Part shown: positions 13,701-20,000 of the stretch, one piece after another
Numbering within the stretch: position 1 is the stretch's first letter
Layout of the letters: each line of letters opens with the position of its first letter
From: Trichoplax sp. H2
Lineage: Eukaryota
Length of the DNA stretch: 20,000 bases
Assembly: GCA_003344405.1 (NCBI GenBank)
Contig: NOWV01000261.1
Span: forward strand, 61,734-81,733
Direction of reading: 5' to 3'
Program-made: the position numbers and the translations under genes
The notes under the pieces: generated by a model
Databases searched by the model: none
Told to the model about the DNA's origin: nothing
The model's input: only the letters and a program-made list of their open reading frames with translations

Positions 13701-16700
13701 GATGATGTCTTCATTCAAGCACTTGGTAAGAATATTTCCTCCTTCCTATATTGTTTATCTTTTTTTATATTGTGATATTACTTTAAAAATCTATTTTTAA
13801 AGCTTAAATTAAAATTAAATGTATGTAAATTTCTGTTTTAGTTAATCTCAATGATTCTATATTATATTTAACAGAAAATAATTGCTTTAGTCATGAAGGC
13901 CAGCATTATCGAGGTACAATAGCTGTCACTTCTGATGGCTACACATGCAAAAATTGGAATTCGGACTCTATTATATCCATGTCATTGGCTTTATTGAATC
14001 ATTCTATTGAGCACGATTTATCATCTAATTACTGCCGTAACCCATTCCGTAATCGATTAAAGCCCTGGTGTTATATTGAAAGCAACCTAACTAAATTATC
14101 CTGGCAATATTGTAATGTGCCTACTTGCAACTTTTCCAAAATCACAGTGACAACATATCCACTAGGAAGTATGTCAGTCCTTTAATCTTGAATAGAGTTT
14201 TAAAAAATTATAATAGCGAACATAGGAAGCCTGGATTCAAAGGTTGGCACTAATTACTCAACTTTTAAGATGAAATGCTTATGATTTATCCTAGATAAAT
14301 ACCCTATCAAGATTGTTCAAAAAGATGGGCAAGATAAACTAATTGGTCGACTTGCAATTTATTACAACGGACGATGGGGAAGTATCTGTCTTAAGGGCAT
14401 GACTGCAAATATTGCTAGCGTATTTTGCCGACAAGCAGAATATGGAAATCAAGGATCAATCATTACAGGTATTCATGCTGACCTAATATTAAGTATATGG
14501 TTACCTTTAATTTAGTATTTGTAGTACTTCAAAAGGTTGAGAGTCTACGGTAATGTAAGAAATTACACCAAATTAATAAGAAAAAATGGTAGTATTTGTT
14601 ATAATTAGTATTCGAGGAAACTATGTTATGTTACAGTGGTGATGTATAACGTGACATAGTCAAATAACTATAGTAAAATGAAAGAAGTAAAGCATATGTA
14701 AGCTTACAGGCGAACTAGTAGAACTAAATAACTAAATATAGAAAGCATTATAGGAGAGAATTTACTTCTAGCCATGGAATAGTACTTATGAGAACTTAGT
14801 TCTATGTTAGTGTATTTCTAGAGTATAATGGCACTAGAGTATAATTCATTATATTAAAAAAATTGAAAAGACGAGACTGAAGTATGTTAATAATACTGTT
14901 CGTTAATAGATGATAATATCACGATCGATAATTAGCAAGGCATTCACATTTCATATAAATAATATTCCTTATATTATGTCTTTAAGGCCGAGAGCAATTA
15001 AATTTTAAAGTTTCCGGAAGAATTTTCTAAAGCGCAATTTTTTTGAATTTATCGAAAAACTGAATTCTACCGATACTTAATTTATGCTATCACTCCGTAT
15101 TTTACTAGTTATTTTCATAATATTTCGTTATCTAAATTCATACTTCATGTTGATAAATTTAAAGTTTCCTAAAACAGAGCTATTGTTTTACAAATTTTCC
15201 GTAATTCAATAATTTACTAAGGTCTTTCCAAAGCGTATACAACTCTGTATTCTCATGATTACAGTGCTTCATCTATTTAGATTGGTTATTAATTAAAATA
15301 CTGATATTTTTAGTTTTAAATCAAACCAAAACTACCGGGACAATATGGCTACGTGGGTACGATATTAAATGCCCATCCTATTCAACTGATCTGACACAGT
15401 GTATTCTGGGGCCATGGAATGCCAGCCGTTGTTGCAATCATTCTGAAGATGTTTGGATAAAATGTTCTCAATCGAATCTGATCGGTCATCAACCTTCGAA
15501 AGGTATGCTCCTACTGATACTACGGCAGTATCGCTTTCAATAAAATTAATAATTCCTACTATTATGCGTTCATCCCGGCAAAAATAAAATTTTTTTTTAT
15601 TTTCTAGCTTTTAGTAATGATAGCTATAATCATTCAACCGCAACTATTGATACAATCGTTTATAGAGCAAATAATGAGGATACTTACGTTATTGGCATTG
15701 CTTTGGGTTGTGTCATTATCGGTATTGCTATCATTGCTTGGCTGTTAAGGTATTACATCAAATGTAATCAGAGAGTTAGCGCAAGTGGAGGCGCAGTCCA
15801 ATGGTCTGCGAATAATTTAACTGTTGCCACTGCTACTTCAAGTGTTAATCGTCCGACCACAACAAATTCCAGTGATGCTGAGCTAAGGACCATGTATGCA
15901 TCTTCAATAACCGGTGTCATTACGCCAAGTATGTGGGAAATGTTCTTGAAGTTAGCCAGAGTCTTATGAAATTGTTATGTAATATGATGATCATTGTAAA
16001 CCGCAATTCAATTTGCTTCCGGGATTTAATACGTGATTACACTTGAATTTGTTTTTCAGTATCATCGTCAAACAGAATCGCCAGCAGTGATGCATCATAT
16101 CATGCACTGAATAGAAGTTGTGCCAATCACGGACCTCAGCATAGTATGCGATAATATTAAAATTAATTTACTGATTGGAAAATCTATCGTAAATTATTCA
16201 GGACTAATACCATGTACTGCAAATAATCGATCGATAAAATGTACAACCTTAACTTGTAGATAATATGAATTTAATTGTGAGAATAGTAATTAAAAAAAAG
16301 TTTTATACTTCAAATCAAATATTCGACCGATTTCTGTCTGTCATAAATCTTAATAGAGTGATTAATTCGTCCATCAATGGTCGATAAATCAATTTTCCTT
16401 CGCTATTAGAAATGGCAAAGACAGGTGTTTTCTATTTTTAATGTAGCTGCATGTTGCAAAACACAATTCTACCTCAGCAATCCCAAACTATATTTTATTC
16501 TATCTTACAATATGTAATATTGATATCTAATAATACTGTATTCAGGAATAGTACTCTGAACTAATTTAAAGTTATGTGTTGTTTGTGCTTGTGTTTGCAT
16601 TATTAGGTCGCAGTATCCAAGCATTTCAGGATAGCAGCTCTCGATCAAGTTAGATTAACTCTTATAACGTACCATTCGCTACATCGAAACTGATTTCTTA

Positions 16701-17064
16701 TTTCCTATAGCCTATGTAGAGGTATTTCTTATTGTAAGATAATTATATTTTTAGACGCAAGCTTTGCAGCCCCATACCAACCTCATTATGATCGTAAAAT
16801 GAGTCGTATGACAGGTATGCAGTACCAGTCTATACCTGAGTTTAGAATCGATTAAGAGCGTAGCTATGTAAAATTCTATGACGCTATTTTAAAATTTTAA
16901 GTGAAAGAGATCATCCTGGCATACTACTAATACAAGCACTCTTTTCATTGTCGACATTTACATTCCTAGATGTTGTTTCTCTACCTCCAAGTTATGATGC
17001 TGTCATGAAAATGAAGTTTCAGCAGAGAAAGGGAAGGCAAGGGAATGGAACAACTTCGACATAA
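4585..17064 (+). CDS. Spliced gene for a mosaic single-pass receptor-like protein (SP-LRRNT/LRRCT-furin site-MAM-kringle-SRCR-TM-PPxY tail), ~722 aa (736 with optional exon)
   Basis: Manual join of 4585-4787, 9135-9307, 10858-10923, 11221-11373, 12754-12863, 12944-13114, 13650-13725, 13875-14168, 14295-14468, 15314-15502, 15608-15928, 16060-16143, [16607-16648], 16755-16814, 16970-17064. All introns are GT..AG, phases match at every junction, and the frame is open from ATG 4585 to TAA 17062-17064 (2169 nt without the optional exon). Extra exons in the long introns cannot be excluded. Confidence 0.85.
9135..9307 (+). CDS. Coding exon: degenerate LRR C-terminal cap (LRRCT-like)
   Basis: tttcaactag| acceptor in phase 2, matching exon 1. 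Reads KLFGSQRCSDQSIYQLLKLAKIMKWKVHGFCHWPNQQTQYSLQDLSYDQLFNIRIKK, resembling LxGNPxxCxCxLxxL...CxxP...LxxL. Donor G|gtaaac. Confidence 0.7.
10858..10923 (+). CDS. Coding exon: polybasic linker with furin-type site (ERRRYRQRR|SITSHDSSVYQFE)
   Basis: catatag| acceptor, G|gtattg donor, 66 nt, phase 1-1, open frame containing an R-X-R-R motif. Confidence 0.75.
11221..11373 (+). CDS. Coding exon: MAM domain part 1
   Basis: NCTFDQDNCNWNQ...DWKRH...TGPIYDHT matches the MAM N-terminal consensus (CxFE..CxW..DW...TGP..DHT). Bounded by ttcttag| and |gtgagt. Confidence 0.92.
12754..12863 (+). CDS. Coding exon: MAM domain part 2
   Basis: FGYYMYINSS...ADLISPPL matches MAM G.YMY.ESS...A.L.SP. Bounded by ttacag| and |gtaaat. 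Confidence 0.9.
12944..13114 (+). CDS. Coding exon: MAM domain part 3
   Basis: ITFYYHAYGASSGKLYVY...NSWLKASIQF matches MAM L.F.YHMYG...G.L.V...W..A.V. Bounded by ttgccag| and |gtaagt. Confidence 0.92.
13650..13725 (+). CDS. Coding exon: MAM domain part 4
   Basis: IIIRGVVGSKVGSSIAIDDVFI matches the MAM C-terminal signature (F.G..G....IAIDDI). Bounded by ttatag| and |gtaaga. Confidence 0.92.
13875..14168 (+). CDS. Coding exon: complete kringle domain
   Basis: CFSHEGQHYRGTIAVTSDGYTCKNW...NYCRNP...PWCY...WQYCNVPTC has all six kringle cysteines and the YRG, NYCRNP and PWCY motifs. Phase 1-1. Confidence 0.95.
14295..14468 (+). CDS. Coding exon: SRCR domain, N-half
   Basis: IKIV...GRLAIYYNGRWGSICLKGM...ASVFCRQAEY matches SRCR GRVEV..NG.WGTVC....A.VVCRQLG. 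Bounded by cctag| and |gtattc. Confidence 0.92.
15314..15502 (+). CDS. Coding exon: SRCR domain, C-half
   Basis: GTIWLRGYDIKCPSYSTDLTQC..PW...CCNHSEDVWIKCS matches SRCR G.IWL..V.C.G.E..L..C...W..C.HSEDV.V.CS. Bounded by tttttag| and |gtatgc. Confidence 0.92.
15608..15928 (+). CDS. Coding exon: stalk, transmembrane helix (VIGIALGCVIIGIAIIAWLL, 15688-15747) and start of cytoplasmic tail
   Basis: Long poly-T acceptor ending tttctag|. A 20-aa hydrophobic stretch is followed by RYYIK (positive-inside). Donor A|gtatgt. Confidence 0.88.
16060..16143 (+). CDS. Coding exon: cytoplasmic tail (ISSSNRIASSDASYHALNRSCANHGPQH)
   Basis: gtttttcag| acceptor, A|gtatgc donor, 84 nt, phase 1-1, open frame. Confidence 0.75.
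16607..16648 (+). CDS. Possible optional 42-nt cytoplasmic exon (SRSIQAFQDSSSRS)
   Basis: tattag| acceptor after a T/G-rich tract, weaker donor |gttaga. Symmetric phase 1-1, open, Ser-rich like neighbouring exons. Confidence 0.4.
16755..16814 (+). CDS. Coding exon: cytoplasmic tail (NASFAAPYQPHYDRKMSRMT)
   Basis: tttttag| acceptor, CAG|gtatgc donor, 60 nt, phase 1-1. Confidence 0.75.
16970..17064 (+). CDS. Terminal coding exon with PY motif (DVVSLPPSYDAVMKMKFQQRKGRQGNGTTST*)
   Basis: cattcctag| acceptor in phase 1, LPPSYDAV motif, stop TAA at 17062-17064. Confidence 0.8.
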
Positions 17065-17646
17065 AGTTATCATTTTTGTAGTGATCCATACGGTGTCGTG
17101 CATGTTGAATGGATTATCACATTTTTTATTGATAAATTCTATCTTTAGCAAATATCAATCTTATACTAAAATAACTCTTGCTTCGTTTTAATTGATAATT
17201 TAGTGTTTTATTTTTCATGATTGGTGTTGTACATCCATTCATATGGATTAACTGATTGTAAATAGTAAACAGTGTGAACTCGTTTGTGGTAATCAGGGAC
17301 TTATTAATAATAATAAAAGTGGCTTCTTCCGGTAATTGTCATCTTGCCTGTTTTTACAAGTCGCTAAACAGGCTATTGCTAATGTCATCGATATTGGTAA
17401 GAATTCAGGATTACCATCATAATTTTATTCTCTTACAAGTCTCTACCATTAGCGAAAGTAACCCCGGCAATTAGCAGCAGTTTCTACGACTCGTAATTGG
17501 TATGATCTATTTGATAGGTGAATTGTAGGTTTTAATAGACGCATCAATTTTACGTTAATTCACTACATCATGGTAGGCAGCCATCGTTATGTTTAGCAAA
17601 GTAGATTAAGATTAGTTAGGCAGTAGTGGAAGAAGTTAGAAGCGTT

Positions 17647-17718
17647 GCAAGAAGCGAACCTTTCTCAGGTCTAAATGTAGGCAATGTCAAGTCATTACGA
17701 GAAAGGTTCGTAACTTGC
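17647..17718. repeat. Inverted repeat / stem-loop (12-bp perfect core plus 5-bp outer stem)
   Basis: cgaacctttctc (17655-17666) pairs with gagaaaggttcg (17699-17710); gcaag (17647-17651) pairs with cttgc (17714-17718). Confidence 0.85.
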
Positions 17719-17913
17719 TGGATAAGAAGTACTTATCGCCAGTAGCACCCGTCCATATTCCTGAACATCGCCCTTACTGACAGAGGTTGCAAATAGCAGA
17801 GACTTGTACAGGATGAGCATTTTCTCTTCTTTCAGGTCCCTGCAGGCACAGTTAGCCATAGTTTCTTTTTTATTGCATGTCTATGGCAGGTAGCGATCCC
17901 ACGGCCATCCGGA

Positions 17914-18762
17914 TAGAGCGGAGAGCGAGTTGCAGCTTGCAGGGGCTCAAGTGACGCGTAAGTAGTGTCAATGACAGCATCTGAGCTTTGATAGTCTCAA
18001 CGATCAAGTGACGCCTGATACGATGTCAAAATGGTCAATAGAGATCATTGTACAGTATATTGTACTGCCATGGCTTACTCAATCTTGGCGGGAGCACAGC
18101 AAAGTGTCTCTCCCTTAAACTGTTCTTCAACTGTACATTATTATTGTAGTACAGTTTTTGTTGCAGGCCGCAAGCCTGCAACAAAATCTCCATAAACTGC
18201 CCGCGTTATTAGAGCGGAGAGCGAGTTGCAGCTTGCAGGGGCTCAAGTGACGCGTAAGTAGTGTCAATTACAGCATCTGAGTTTTGATAGTCTCAACGAT
18301 CGAGTGACGCCTGATACGATGCAAAAATTGTCAATAGAGATCATTGTATATTGTACTCATGTACTGCCATGGCTTACTTAATCTTAGCGGGAGCACAGCA
18401 AAGTGTCTCTCCCTTAAACTGTTCTTCAACTGTACATTATTATTGTAGTACAGTTCACGTTGCAGGCTTGCGGCCTGCAACAAAATCTCCATAAACTGCC
18501 CGCGTTATTAGAGCGGAGAGCGAGTTGCAGCTTGCAGGGGCTCAAGTGACGCGTAAGTAGTGTCAATGACAACATCTGAGTTTTGATAGTCTCAACGATC
18601 GAGTGACGCCTGATACGATGCAAAAATTGTCAATAGAGATCATTGTACAGTCTATTGTACTGCCATGGCTTACTTAATCTTGGCGGGAGCACAGCAAAGT
18701 GTCTCTCCTTTATACTGTTCTTCAACTGTACATTATTAATCTCCATAAACTGCCCGCTTTAT
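17914..18762. repeat. Tandem array of three ~300-bp units (17914-18209, 296 bp; 18210-18508, 299 bp; 18509-18762, 254 bp)
   Basis: Each unit begins tagagcggagagcgagttgcagcttgcaggggctcaagtgacgcg and ends ctccataaactgcccgc(g/t)ttat. Units differ by scattered substitutions, and unit 3 lacks a 42-bp segment. Confidence 0.97.
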
Positions 18763-19481
18763 TATCATCTCCATGATCATATCCCCGCGTCTACCAAAAT
18801 TCAGCTAATTTTAAAAATTTTATTTTTAAAATAAATAACAACATTTCGTTATCTATCGCTTTATCTCCTAGGCCACGACGCCAATGAAATTATAAATCGG
18901 ACATGCGTATTAGCATAGTGACACGTTGCTCATTTTGGGCTGTGTTGATCTGGGATTCCTGTCACGTGAGATGCGCCATCAAAATGCTTCCATCAGCAAG
19001 AAAGAAAGAATATGGATTGTGTTTATTGGGCACGATTACAGCCTAAACTCTACATGTATACAGTGTGTAGAATTCCTTCCGTAGAGGTTAAAAGATGGTA
19101 TTTTCATTGACATTTGCGGCATCTACAAGGAAAACTTAAATGGAACAGAGAGGGATGCATAAAGATTGCTTCCAGACAGTACAAATGAAGGTCCCTGCTA
19201 GACATAGTACTGTACAGTATGTTGTTTTCCGAGGTAGAAAAGGGAAATAATATTGCTGAAACTAACGTCAAAATACTATACTTTACATCATTATGTAGCT
19301 CGAGAGCTGAACTTTTTATACATGTTGATAGAAATGCTGTCTATACAAGACCAGTCAAAGCACATCGTAATAATTATGATGTACTTTGCCATCCCAATGT
19401 TGGAAACGCAAATAAACACACAGTCTACAGTCTCCAGTACAAATCATCCAGTAGAAATTAACCAGTTCACCGTTGTACAGC

Positions 19482-19522
19482 ACAGTACATTGCACTGTAC
19501 ACCTCACAGTGCAATGTACTGT
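19482..19522. repeat. Perfect 17-bp inverted repeat with 7-nt loop
   Basis: acagtacattgcactgt-acacctc-acagtgcaatgtactgt; the arms are exact reverse complements. Confidence 0.95.
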
Positions 19523-20000
19523 ACCGACGATTGATTTATTTACAATACATTACTGTACATAGCTACGTGGCAAGAAGTTTCCCAAAATTTGCTTACTCGT
19601 CATTTTGCAATGTTTACTGCAGTTATTGGCTATCGCTTTGATATCCTGTAGAATTTACTGTGTACATAGATAGTTTTGCTGTCATCATCAACAAGCAATA
19701 CCATACTCGTCTCTATATAAGCAGCTGAATGACCGGTGCTCGTCGTATTAAAGGGTAGTCCATCCAGTCATCAATCTCTTAGCTTAGCCTTTGCGACAGG
19801 AAGAAAAATAGCCATTGGCAGCTAGTTACCACACTGTTCTGTCGAATCTTCATAAGATTATCTTATTATACACCACTTTCTTCTAGCACCAAATAGTGAC
19901 AATCCTGTATTTCTCCTTGAGCCAGTTTAGTGCAAGCATTAGCATCGATAATTAGAATTAACAAATCATGAACGCAACAACGTCTATCCTCATCACTTCT

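Noticed and set aside
17695..17859. 54-aa minus-strand ORF (MANCACRDLKEEKML...)
   Set aside because: Short, with no recognisable motif or supporting signals.
17914..18762. Tandem units as hammerhead retrozymes, CRISPR array, or 5S/snRNA gene array
   Set aside because: No CUGANGA hammerhead core on either strand by eye, no short repeat with unique spacers, and no recognisable 5S, tRNA or snRNA sequence.
18426..18834. ORF-track entries inside the tandem repeat
   Set aside because: Not preserved as ORFs in all copies and no recognisable protein features.
18880..18985. CCAAT, TATAAA and GTCACGTGA motifs suggesting a promoter
   Set aside because: Short motifs with no credible downstream exon or ORF in the window.
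121..19534. Remaining ORF-track entries (e.g. 121-303, 4843-5025, 7201-7401, 10521-10790, 13425-13649, 17274-17474, 19219-19534, and antisense ORFs over exons)
   Set aside because: Compositionally biased chance ORFs, or antisense shadows of real exons, with no domains or splice support.
19630..19770. Minus-strand GHSAAY...DDD resembling a USP His-box
   Set aside because: Lacks the conserved Tyr/Trp context, is flanked by stops and has no clear splice sites.

Overview
AT-rich animal (eukaryotic) genomic DNA with GT-AG introns. The composition and short introns would fit an early-branching metazoan such as a placozoan, but the species cannot be determined from this window. Most of the window (about 3.7-17.1 kb, + strand) is one spliced gene that I assembled by hand from 14 frame-compatible coding exons, plus one optional 42-nt exon and a probable 5'UTR exon. 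It encodes a ~722-736 aa type I membrane protein with a domain order I do not recognise from any named family: signal peptide, LRRNT/LRRCT mini-module, furin site, MAM, kringle, SRCR, TM helix, and a non-catalytic Ser/Thr-rich tail ending in a PPxY motif. Downstream (17.6-19.6 kb) is a GC-richer, hairpin-dense region with three ~300-bp tandem repeats. The same hairpin is imperfect in copy 2, perfected with its loop inverted in copy 1, and absent from copy 3. Apart from those overlapping the exons, the ORF-track entries look spurious.
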